Assembly (NCBI GenBank): GCA_964620655.1
Contig: CAZUJW010000002.1
Span: 4,144-68,143, forward strand
Origin: an uncultured Christensenella sp.
GTDB lineage: Bacteria; Bacillota; Clostridia; Christensenellales; DTU072
Length of the DNA: 64,000 nucleotides
Reading direction: 5' to 3'
The notes beneath the pieces are model-generated. The model was not told where the DNA came from and searched no databases. It saw nothing but the letters and a program-made list of their open reading frames with translations. Positions within the stretch are counted from its first letter, which is position 1. Each line of letters begins with the position of its first letter. Both the position numbers and the translations under genes were made by a program. Positions 33,376 to 41,340 of this stretch are shown here, piece after piece.

Positions 33376-34356
33376 TTACAAAATTTTTCCTTCGCAACTT
33401 TTGTATATTCTGTTCATAACCGCCCCTTCTTCCCCTTCGTCGGAAAACTTTTCTATTAAGATAGCGTCGTAAGTTTTTTCGCAAATTCTCAAAAAGTCGA
33501 ATATGTTATGGGCTATCTCCACGCCGTTATACCCTACCTGCAACACCGGCACGCCGTACTTATTTTCGGTTCCGCTCCTTACTATCACGGCGGTCTTTTT
33601 CCCTTTGGCTATCCCCTGACGGTAAAAATTTTCGGCTTTGACTCTGTCGTCGAAAAGATAACACGGCACGACCGGAGCGTAATGTTTGTATTTCATCCCG
33701 GGAGCGGGAGCTACGAGAACTTCTCCTTTGTGAGTCTTCACGGCGGGCAGATATTTAGTAAGTTTTTCCGCCGTTATTATACCGGGGCGAAGAATAGTAG
33801 GTATTTCGGTAGCGAGAGTAATTACGGTACTTTCTATCCCCACTTCGCACTCTCCGCCGTCTATTATCATAGGAATACGCCCTTTCATATCGTCGTAGAC
33901 GTACTCCGCTCTCGTCGGGCTTATCCTTTTAGACGCATTTGCGCTCGGAGCCGCCACGGGTACTTTGCACGCCGCCAAAAACTTACGGCATAAAGGGTGC
34001 GACGGCATTCTTATTCCCACCGTATCGAGTCCCGCCGTAGCTTCGTAAGGAATACAATCTCTTTTTTGTAAAACTATGGTGATAGGTCCCGGTGCGAACA
34101 CGTTAAACAACGCTTCCGCTTCTTTAGTAACGACCGCCGCTCTGTCGGCTTGTTCTATATCGGTGACGTGAACTATAAAAGGATTGTCCTTAGGACGGTT
34201 TTTCGCTTCGTAAATTTTGTTAATAGCGTTTTTGTCGAGAGCGTTGCCGCCCAAACCGTAGACCGTTTCCGTCGGGAAAGCCACTACTTCCCCCTGTCGT
34301 ATGAGTTCCGCTCCCCTTTCTATAAGCTCTTCTCCGCCTGTTATCGTATCGTACAT
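33376..34356 (-). CDS. tsaC: L-threonylcarbamoyladenylate synthase (Sua5/YwlC-type TsaC, with Sua5 C-terminal domain)
   Basis: 326 aa. YrdC-like motifs (FPTETVYGLG, KNRPKDNPFIVH). ywlC-rpiB-upp order as in Bacillus. Confidence 0.9.
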   Translation of the reverse strand: MYDTITGGEELIERGAELIRQGEVVAFPTETVYGLGGNALDKNAINKIYEAKNRPKDNPFIVHVTDIEQADRAAVVTKEAEALFNVFAPGPITIVLQKRDCIPYEATAGLDTVGIRMPSHPLCRKFLAACKVPVAAPSANASKRISPTRAEYVYDDMKGRIPMIIDGGECEVGIESTVITLATEIPTILRPGIITAEKLTKYLPAVKTHKGEVLVAPAPGMKYKHYAPVVPCYLFDDRVKAENFYRQGIAKGKKTAVIVRSGTENKYGVPVLQVGYNGVEIAHNIFDFLRICEKTYDAILIEKFSDEGEEGAVMNRIYKSCEGKIL

Positions 34357-34367
34357 AACTTTCCTTC

Positions 34368-36179
34368 TTATGATATGGTAAATATATAATTGACTTTGTC
34401 TTTTACCGCAATGACGTATCCGCTCTGGAACTTGCCGCCGGTAAGGAAAATATCGTAAACGTCGAGTTTTTCATACTCCGCGTTAAGTAAAATATCCCCC
34501 GCGTAATTTTTCAGCCCCAACTTTCCGTACTGCTCGTAGACGTACACGCCCTGACGGACGTTGACGACGTCGGTTATCGCAACGGCGGTTCCGTCCTTAT
34601 AGATTCTGTAACGTGTTTTGCCGTTTATTTTCTTACTGCCCACCGCATAATCGCCGTAGAAAGGAGAAAGTTCGTCGTACTCGAACGGTACTATAATCTT
34701 TCCGTCGGTATCGACTATTCCGTACTTTATTTCCTTGCTCGAATAGTCTATCTTGCCTGCTACCACGCCCACTCCGTTGTAAATATGGGTAGAATAAGTG
34801 TTTTTCCCTTCCTGCAAGGCTATCTGTTCACGTTTTTCAAGGGTTTTCGTAAAATAATGAACGCTCCCGAAATACTGTTCGTACATAGGGTCGCTCGTTT
34901 CCGTCCCCACCCCGTCGACAAACACGCTCGGCATAAGCATATCGCTAATGTTGACGATATTGGCGTTTGCGTCCATTATACAGAACGTAACTTCGCTCTG
35001 CACGCTGCCGCTGTCGGCGTACGGGAAATAGTAATAGTAAACTATGCTGTAACCTTTCTTGACCATTGCCGACACGTCCATATAAGGAAGAACGTAATCG
35101 TAAATACCCGTGTCTTCGTCGAAGGTAGCCAAGTTGTTGAGATAAGAACTTAACTGCGAATAATAGTCGACGTAGTAAGAATTAGCCACGTTGTCGACGA
35201 TAAGCCATTCTCTGTCCGTCGTGGTCTTGTCTTTCGCATTGTACATATCGCAACGGATATTCGCGTAATAAACGGTAGTAGTTCCGCTCGATAAATCGGT
35301 ATCTTCGTATTCTATATTGTATCCGTCGAACTTTTCCGTCGATTTGAGTCGCGCCGTGCGGGTGAACCAACCATTGCCGATATAGTAGATATTCATCTGA
35401 ATATTGTCGGTATATTGCGAGTCGGTATCTTCGGGATATGCGATATAGGTACCCCTTTCGTCGTAAGTAAGATACCCGTCCGACTGAATTTCTTTCACGT
35501 TATAGAAAAAGGCGTGGTCCTTGTTTTCGGCTACGAGATAGTCGTCGTATATCGAAATCGTGTAATTGTAACTGCACCTTATTTTAAACACTTCCAACAT
35601 TTGCCCCGTGGTCTTGTAGTCGTAAAACGTGGTGAACGTAGCCGTGCTGTAAGGATAAGTTTTCGTACCGGGGCAAGCGACGTAATCTCCCGCGAAAAAG
35701 AACTGATTAAACCCCGAATTATAAACCGTCATAAAGTCGGTAAGGTCGCCCTTGTTTTCTCCGCGGAATTTAATAACCCCTATCGTGGGCGCGTAAGAAG
35801 CGGTGCCGTTGCCGTTGTCGACGACGGCGGGTTTAGTCACTATCGCATAATCGCCACTTATCGAGATGACGGAATTGTAAGTAGGCTTTACCAAAACCCC
35901 TTCCGTGGGAGATGCAATGCCGTAAAGATACGAGTACCCAGACGAAGCGTAATCGTTGACGACGGGTTGTATCGTAATAAAAAGGTCGTTTTCTACGTCG
36001 TAGGAATAAACAGACGTGTCGGGCGAGTCCACGATAAGAGTCTGCTCCGCTTTGGTGAACTGCCCCTGCGACGCAAAATTAACGAAATATGCGTTCTCTT
36101 TTTTCTTGCTGCACCCCGTAAGGACAGCGGCAAGCAAACAAAGAAAAACGATAGTAATTAGTAAAAACCGTCTTTTCAT
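34368..36179 (-). CDS. Putative lipoprotein with C-terminal WG/KWG-like beta repeats
   Basis: Lipobox LTGC. C-terminal units such as KYGIVDTDGKIIVPFEYDEL and GKLGLKNYAGDILLNAEYEKL. No SD upstream; see the leaderless promoter. Confidence 0.6.
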   Translation of the reverse strand: MKRRFLLITIVFLCLLAAVLTGCSKKKENAYFVNFASQGQFTKAEQTLIVDSPDTSVYSYDVENDLFITIQPVVNDYASSGYSYLYGIASPTEGVLVKPTYNSVISISGDYAIVTKPAVVDNGNGTASYAPTIGVIKFRGENKGDLTDFMTVYNSGFNQFFFAGDYVACPGTKTYPYSTATFTTFYDYKTTGQMLEVFKIRCSYNYTISIYDDYLVAENKDHAFFYNVKEIQSDGYLTYDERGTYIAYPEDTDSQYTDNIQMNIYYIGNGWFTRTARLKSTEKFDGYNIEYEDTDLSSGTTTVYYANIRCDMYNAKDKTTTDREWLIVDNVANSYYVDYYSQLSSYLNNLATFDEDTGIYDYVLPYMDVSAMVKKGYSIVYYYYFPYADSGSVQSEVTFCIMDANANIVNISDMLMPSVFVDGVGTETSDPMYEQYFGSVHYFTKTLEKREQIALQEGKNTYSTHIYNGVGVVAGKIDYSSKEIKYGIVDTDGKIIVPFEYDELSPFYGDYAVGSKKINGKTRYRIYKDGTAVAITDVVNVRQGVYVYEQYGKLGLKNYAGDILLNAEYEKLDVYDIFLTGGKFQSGYVIAVKDKVNYIFTIS

Positions 36180-36186
36180 ATTTATT

Positions 36187-36215
36187 ATTGTAGCACTTAA
36201 ACGAGTAATTTACAA
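36187..36215 (-). promoter_or_regulatory. Putative promoter giving a leaderless mRNA for the 603-aa lipoprotein gene
   Basis: On the minus strand: TTGTAA (36215-36210), 17-nt spacer, TACAAT (36192-36187), then exactly 7 nt to the ATG (36179). No Shine-Dalgarno. Confidence 0.5.
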
Positions 36216-36240
36216 GAGAAATGCTTTATACAAAGCTCAT

Positions 36241-36394
36241 AGTGAAGTTTAGAAGGTCGTCGAAGTGAAGTTGCCTTACGGCGGTGAAGTTCCGCCATAG
36301 GCGGAGTGAAGTTGCCTTACGGCAGTGAAGTTATCGCTCTGCGATAGTGAAGTTCGGCTAACGCCGAGTGAAGTTTCGAGTAAAACTCGAAGTT
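36241..36394 (+). repeat. Tandem array of 7 x (A/G)GTGAAGTT, six of them followed by a distinct perfect mini-hairpin
   Basis: Motif starts at 36241, 36264, 36283, 36305, 36324, 36346 and 36367, with a truncated AGTT at 36391. The hairpins are GCC-ttac-GGC (twice), CCGCC-ata-GGCGG, ATCGC-tct-GCGAT, CGGC-taac-GCCG and TCGAG-taaaa-CTCGA. Confidence 0.85.
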
Positions 36395-36829
36395 AAGGAT
36401 ACAAAGAATAAGACGGAGTAGGCTAATAATTCTATTCCGTTTTTGTTTATATGATTAGCTTTTTACTTTCTTTTCGGTGTGAAAAGAAAGTAGCAAAGAA
36501 ACACACGAGCCGCAAGTTGCGAAGCTCGGCTCGACCGAGCACGCTTTCATTTTCACAAGGATAAAGTAGATTTATAATTAAGGGGGCATCGCTCCAAGCC
36601 CCCTTAATAAACCCCTTTCCTCATAAAGTTCCCCCTTATCCGAATTTAACAAACTAAATCTTTCTTAATAAACTTATTACTTGAATAGGCTTTATCGACA
36701 TAGGGATAGAATAATCCGTTTGGGTGGGCGGGTGGGAAATAAAAACCCCGATTACAGATAAAAACGGAATAGAACTACCATCCTATCCCGACTTTCTCTT
36801 TTTTCCGCAACTCAAAACCATCGGTTTTG
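36395..36829. other. ORF-free, highly self-complementary core (candidate structured RNA/long leader or MITE-like element); strand unknown
   Basis: No ORF of 60 aa or more in any frame between 36253 and 36912. 14-bp perfect long-range complement (36431-36444 / 36760-36773) with degenerate extension. 12-bp and 11-bp local hairpins. G4 motif. Confidence 0.35.
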
Positions 36830-36857
36830 AACTTCACTGCCGTTAGGCAACTTCACT
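36830..36857 (-). repeat. Two inverted copies of the AGTGAAGTT + GCC-taac-GGC unit
   Basis: The plus strand reads AACTTCACT-GCCgttaGGC-AACTTCACT (36830-36857), preceded by the hairpin AAAACC-atc-GGTTTT (36814-36828). Confidence 0.8.
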
Positions 36858-37050
36858 CAAAGCGGTAAATTCGTTCGGCTTTGCCGAAAAAGGATAGAAA
36901 TATATATATAATTTGTTGCGGCGGCGTGTAAAGGCTTCGAGGTTTGAGATGATTTTTGCCAAATTTCGAGCGAAGTCGTACCGTCGTACGGCGAGTGAGA
37001 ATTTGACAAAACGCACAAAAATTCTAATTATTTTTATCCTTGTTTATATA

Positions 37051-37076
37051 AAAGAAAGCACCCCGTTCGGAGTGCT
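37051..37076 (-). terminator. Rho-independent terminator after the 1326-aa phosphoesterase gene
   Basis: On the minus strand: AGCACTCC-gaac-GGGGTGCT, followed by TTCTTTTAT. Confidence 0.7.
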
Positions 37077-37105
37077 ATCTTTAATCTTGTTTTTTGTGCC
37101 GTAAA

Positions 37106-40100
37106 TTACCAATTTATCGAAGTCGACTTTGCTTTCTTTTTCTTTTTGGTGACTGCTACTATTATTATGACGACTGCCACGCTTATCACAGCTACGCCCG
37201 CTACGATAGCGGCTATAATGATTCCGGAAAGTTCGTTACCGGTTTTCTTAATGACTTTTACTTCGCCGCCGGTAAGATTGCCTTCGCTGTCGTATTCTCT
37301 AAGATACTGATATCCGCAATAATAAAGTTTTTTGCCGTCGAAAGTCAGTTTCCCGAAAGTAGGATCGGAAAGGTGTCCGGATTTGTGAAGAGAAGTTCCC
37401 GTAGCGGTGGGTACGTCGGGATTGTCGACGAAGTTATAGAACTTTTCGCCCATGGTCCCTACGGTAACGTAGAGAGTTCCTTTATTGCTGATTTCATTCT
37501 TGCCGTTGGCGTCGACGGATATTTTCTTTCCGTTGCCGTCGAGATAGAAGGTTTCGTTGTAGACGTGGTCGTGACCCGCTATTACGAGATTAACGCCCTT
37601 TTCGGCAAACAGCGGAGTGAGTTGCGCGCGCATACCTACTACGTCTTTGTCGTAGGAGTGGCTGCCTTCGCTGTAAAGCGACTTGTGCATAACTATTACT
37701 TTCCATTCCTTGTCGGTGTCGGTAAGGTCGTTCACGAGCCATTCGTATTGCTTCGAGCCGAGCTGTTTAATAGTGTTGCCGTCGGCGTCCTTACTGCTTT
37801 CGATATCGTTGGTATTAAGGACGGTGAAATGAACTTTGCCGTAGTCGAAAGAGTAATAGAAGCCGGTGTTGTCTACCTGTGAAGAAGAAATACCGTAGTT
37901 GTAGTGAGTCCACATATAGTTGTACTCGTCGGTGTACGCTCCTTCGCTTGCTCCGCCGTACGCAGCCATATTGCTCGCTTTGTCGACGGTAAAATACTTG
38001 TTGTCGTGGTTGCCGGCGGCTACTACGGTCGCATAACTTGCGTTAAAGGACTGGTCGCTGTCGTAAAGCCATCTGTATTGAGAAAGGTTACGACCGTTGT
38101 CGACGATGTCGCCGGGGTTAATTACGAAGCTTACGCCGTTGGTAAACACTTTTTCCACAGCGTCTTTCTGAATTTTGGCTATTCTTTCGTAAGCGGTCTG
38201 AGTACTGGACTGCAAATCGCTTGCTATCATAACTTCGAACTTTCCGTCTTCGGAAGCGGTAGTAAAGGTATACCAATCGCTCCAATATCCGTTAGTCGCG
38301 CTGCCCGCTCTGTAAGCGTAAGTCGTACCCGCTTTAAGTCCGGTAAGCTCTACCGTGTGACGAGCGAGTTCTACGTAGCCGGACTGGCACCAGATACCCA
38401 AGTCGATAAGGGGTTTTGTGGTGGCGTACACTTTCGTGGTAGCGGTTTGGGTCGTTACTCCGGTGTGGTTTTCCACGTCGGTAGTGTACTGAATGGCTCC
38501 GTCTTTTATACGTCTGTCGGTGTAGTAAGTGAAGTTTCTCGTCGTGGCGACGTCGCTTCCGAAGTTATTGGTGAGCATGGACGGCAATTTTCCGTTTTCG
38601 ATGGTCACGATTTCTTTTCTTTCTACTGCCTGATAGGTTACGCCTTCGCCCTTATATTCGGCGATTTCCATAAGATATCCGTTGCCGTTGTTGTCGTCGA
38701 TTACGTCCTGATGTCCGCCGTCGATACCGAAAGCGTAAAGTATGTTGTAGGCGTATTCGCCGAGTCCCTGCTTAAAGTTGTCGGTGAGGTACTTATCCAC
38801 TATATCGTTTATTATTTCGGGGATGGTAAGATTGGCTAAGTCTATCTGAACGCCGAGATTGTCGATAAGGTCGGTCACCATCGAAATGCCGCCGAGAGTT
38901 TTCGCTATCTTACCGAGGTTAAAGTTATTTAACGTAACGGCTTTACCGTTTTCGTCTTTAACGTCGAAAACCGTGCATACGGCGTCAATAACTCCCTTAA
39001 ATCCTTCGCTTATGTCTTTGGACAGGTCGAGAGTGGTTTCGGAAAGTCCTTTGACAAGGAACATAAGTCCGTCGTTTTCGTCGAGAAGAATATTAAACAG
39101 ATCGGTTACGAACTTGCCCGAGATAAGATTGTTAAACGCATTGACGTAAGAAGGCTTTTCGGTTTTCATTTCGTCATAACTGTTCCAATCTTTGCCGGTG
39201 CTGTGACGCATATAGCAGTCCATAAACACGGTGAATACATCGTCTCCTTCTCCCGAAAGATCGTAATCCAACACTCTGTAAGCGAGTTCTTCCAGATACC
39301 CGAAAGCCTTCATATCGGCAACCTTGAATCTCTCGTTGTCGCCGCCGTAGGTGTAGTCTTTCAATATTTTTGTATTGATTTCGGAGATAAGGTTGTTTGC
39401 AAGTTGTACCACGTCTCCCGCATAGTCGCCGAGATTTATCGTGATACCTACTTTAATAGGAGCTATTCCTTCTATCATTTCGCCGAGTTTTTCGGTAATG
39501 TCCTTTTTAAGGAACTTATTTATATAGTTTTCGACGATATTGTCGTAGACTCTCGTCTGAGCGTAATCGGAATAGTTTTTGATGGTCTTTTTGTTGTCGT
39601 CTATGTATTTTTTGACTTTGTTCTTTGCGACGTATCCGTACTTGTCGCCGGCAAAAACTTTGTCGTACACTTCGGTAGCGTCTACTTCGATATTGGGATA
39701 TGCGCTTAAATAAGTCTGTTCGGCAAACTTACCGTCGAGCGTTCCGCGTTTTATGGTGGTTATTTTACATTGGCTGCCCACGCTTACGTTGGCGGCGCCT
39801 TCCATATCGATAAGCTGATTGCCTTTGTCGGAAATATAGCTTGCCTTATCGTTGGCGTGTTGGTGACCGGTATAAACGTATCTTACGCCGTAGTTTGCGA
39901 TAAAGTCGGCGGTTTCTATCGGATTATAAATAATAAATCCGGTAGTGATTTCTTCTTCCATGCCCCAGTGTTCCACGATAGAGTGGTGAGCGGTCATAGC
40001 TACGGTGATATCGTCGGCGGGTTTGGCAAAATCCTTATTCGCCGTCAACCAGTCCTGAGTGTGCTGTTGCAACTGTCCGCCGAGAACGTGACCTTCGTCC

Positions 40101-41086
40101 GCATTACTCATAACAACGTCGCCGGTAATGAACGTAAACTTATTGTCTTTACGAACCTGTATACCCGTTAAAGCGCCGGTTTCTATATCCAGTCCGTAGT
40201 GGTCGAACTTTTCGTAAGTGTAGCAAAGACCGCTTACGGCGAACATATCGGAATTATCGATAAGTTCTACCTTGTCGTTTGCGATAAGTTTTGCCATAGT
40301 GACGTCGTCGGCAGCGGTGGTATCGAAGGAAAAGACTTCGGCTTTTCCGTCGGCGCCGTCCTTAACGAATTCCCATGCGTAATCAAAATCGGAAGAAAGG
40401 TCGCTTCTTACGTAGTCGTATTCCGTGGGCATAAGTTTGCCGCCGTCGATGGCTTTAAGGGGAGCGTAAAAATCCGCCGCTTCGGCTTCGGTCATATTTG
40501 GATAACCCAACCCTGCGTAAACTTTGGCTATTTCCAAACGGGTAGCGTAGTAAGTAGACTCCTTATACCCCGTATTATCGAAGCGGAAGGTATCGGGGTT
40601 GTACAAATCGTGGTTGCCCATAATTACGAACACTTGAAACTCGGGCTTAGTCTCTCTTACTTTATTCTGCAACTTACGGAGCTTGTTAGCCACGTCGATA
40701 TGATTGACGAGTTCTCCGTCCTGCACGCAGTCGCCGGAAAGAACGACGTAGTCGGGCATTTTCGTAGCGAGAGTTTTCAGACTGTTTTCGAAAGACGTAG
40801 CGGATTCGAGCCACATCTTCGTGGACTTGTTCATTACCCAATTATAAAAGTAATCGATGTCGTCCGTTTCTATCGCGTCACCGTCGGTGTAGCAAAGACG
40901 TAAAGCGTAGTAGTGAGTATCGGTAATGTGCCCGATAGAGATGTTCTCTCCCGATTCCGTAAATTTGGAAGCGGCTTCGGCTTGAACGTTTTGCGATACG
41001 GTAAGGCAAACCAATGACACGCACATAACGGCTATTATAGCAATAACTGCCACAAGTACCGCGTTGCGTTTAAGGAATGTACTCAT
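37106..41086 (-). CDS. Large surface-anchored protein with two calcineurin-like metallophosphoesterase domains (second is purple-acid-phosphatase-like)
   Basis: N-terminal signal/anchor and a C-terminal TM helix with a KKKKK tail. Domain 1 motifs: GHITDTH, LSGDCVQDG, GNHD, GHQH. Domain 2 motifs: SDLQ, PGDIVDNG, AAGNHD, VMHKS, GHDHVY. GGAGG RBS. Confidence 0.75.
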   Translation of the reverse strand: MSTFLKRNAVLVAVIAIIAVMCVSLVCLTVSQNVQAEAASKFTESGENISIGHITDTHYYALRLCYTDGDAIETDDIDYFYNWVMNKSTKMWLESATSFENSLKTLATKMPDYVVLSGDCVQDGELVNHIDVANKLRKLQNKVRETKPEFQVFVIMGNHDLYNPDTFRFDNTGYKESTYYATRLEIAKVYAGLGYPNMTEAEAADFYAPLKAIDGGKLMPTEYDYVRSDLSSDFDYAWEFVKDGADGKAEVFSFDTTAADDVTMAKLIANDKVELIDNSDMFAVSGLCYTYEKFDHYGLDIETGALTGIQVRKDNKFTFITGDVVMSNADEGHVLGGQLQQHTQDWLTANKDFAKPADDITVAMTAHHSIVEHWGMEEEITTGFIIYNPIETADFIANYGVRYVYTGHQHANDKASYISDKGNQLIDMEGAANVSVGSQCKITTIKRGTLDGKFAEQTYLSAYPNIEVDATEVYDKVFAGDKYGYVAKNKVKKYIDDNKKTIKNYSDYAQTRVYDNIVENYINKFLKKDITEKLGEMIEGIAPIKVGITINLGDYAGDVVQLANNLISEINTKILKDYTYGGDNERFKVADMKAFGYLEELAYRVLDYDLSGEGDDVFTVFMDCYMRHSTGKDWNSYDEMKTEKPSYVNAFNNLISGKFVTDLFNILLDENDGLMFLVKGLSETTLDLSKDISEGFKGVIDAVCTVFDVKDENGKAVTLNNFNLGKIAKTLGGISMVTDLIDNLGVQIDLANLTIPEIINDIVDKYLTDNFKQGLGEYAYNILYAFGIDGGHQDVIDDNNGNGYLMEIAEYKGEGVTYQAVERKEIVTIENGKLPSMLTNNFGSDVATTRNFTYYTDRRIKDGAIQYTTDVENHTGVTTQTATTKVYATTKPLIDLGIWCQSGYVELARHTVELTGLKAGTTYAYRAGSATNGYWSDWYTFTTASEDGKFEVMIASDLQSSTQTAYERIAKIQKDAVEKVFTNGVSFVINPGDIVDNGRNLSQYRWLYDSDQSFNASYATVVAAGNHDNKYFTVDKASNMAAYGGASEGAYTDEYNYMWTHYNYGISSSQVDNTGFYYSFDYGKVHFTVLNTNDIESSKDADGNTIKQLGSKQYEWLVNDLTDTDKEWKVIVMHKSLYSEGSHSYDKDVVGMRAQLTPLFAEKGVNLVIAGHDHVYNETFYLDGNGKKISVDANGKNEISNKGTLYVTVGTMGEKFYNFVDNPDVPTATGTSLHKSGHLSDPTFGKLTFDGKKLYYCGYQYLREYDSEGNLTGGEVKVIKKTGNELSGIIIAAIVAGVAVISVAVVIIIVAVTKKKKKAKSTSINW

Positions 41087-41143
41087 TTCGTAACCTCCAA
41101 AACATAGTTGAAATACAAAAAATATAATTTTTCGATAACAAAG

Positions 41144-41172
41144 AGTATACCACGGAAAGACAGCCTTGTCAA
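41144..41172 (-). promoter_or_regulatory. Putative extended -10 promoter of the phosphoesterase gene
   Basis: On the minus strand: TTGACA (41172-41167), 17-nt spacer ending in TGG, TATACT (41149-41144). Confidence 0.6.
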
Positions 41173-41306
41173 TACGGCAATTTTAGCGAAAAACCCTGTT
41201 TTTTACCTGTTTTTTATAAAAATATACACATTTTTGCAAATTTGCCGATAAAACCCAAACGAAACTGTTTTTATTCTTTACACAAAAACTTAACTGCGCA
41301 ATCACG

Positions 41307-41334
41307 TTGACAAAGTGCAAATATATGGTATACT
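41307..41334 (+). promoter_or_regulatory. Orphan near-consensus extended -10 promoter (no downstream CDS)
   Basis: TTGACA (41307-41312), 16-nt spacer ending in TGg, TATACT (41329-41334). Divergent from the phosphoesterase promoter. Confidence 0.6.
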
Positions 41335-41340
41335 GAAAGT

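Noticed and set aside
36241-36394. CRISPR array interpretation of the GTGAAGTT repeats
   Set aside because: The repeats are only 9 nt and the 'spacers' only 10-15 nt and palindromic. There are no cas genes in the window and the period (19-24 nt) is far too short.
36241-36394. Type III toxin-antitoxin (ToxI-like) antitoxin RNA array
   Set aside because: ToxI-type arrays have roughly 34-45-nt repeats and are followed by a terminator and a toxin ORF on the same strand. Here no ORF of any size follows on either strand before the next ordinary gene.
36604-36624. Tiny minus-strand ORF ATG-AGG-AAA-GGG-GTT-TAT-TAA (MRKGVY) with an AAGGGGGA RBS-like sequence, and a nearby ATG-CCC-CCT-TAA
   Set aside because: These are six and three codons. 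The 'RBS' and start codons are parts of the G/C-tract hairpin. There is no support beyond chance and it cannot be evaluated without conservation data.
36395-36829. RNase P, tmRNA, SRP RNA or tRNA hidden in the ORF-free core
   Set aside because: The minus strand has GAGAAAGTCGGG, reminiscent of RNase P CR-I (GAGGAAAGUCC), but the match is inexact and no CR-IV/V-like GGCUUACAGAA partner exists. There is no tmRNA tag frame or T-arm (GGTTCGA), no SRP GGAA-tetraloop helix 8, and no tRNA-like T-loop.
37094-40903. Series of long plus-strand ORFs (262, 311, 96, 168, 133, 234 aa) opposite the phosphoesterase gene
   Set aside because: All are antisense to a 1326-aa ORF with multiple metallophosphoesterase motifs. 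They have repetitive V/F/G/Y-rich translations, no RBSs and no recognisable domains.
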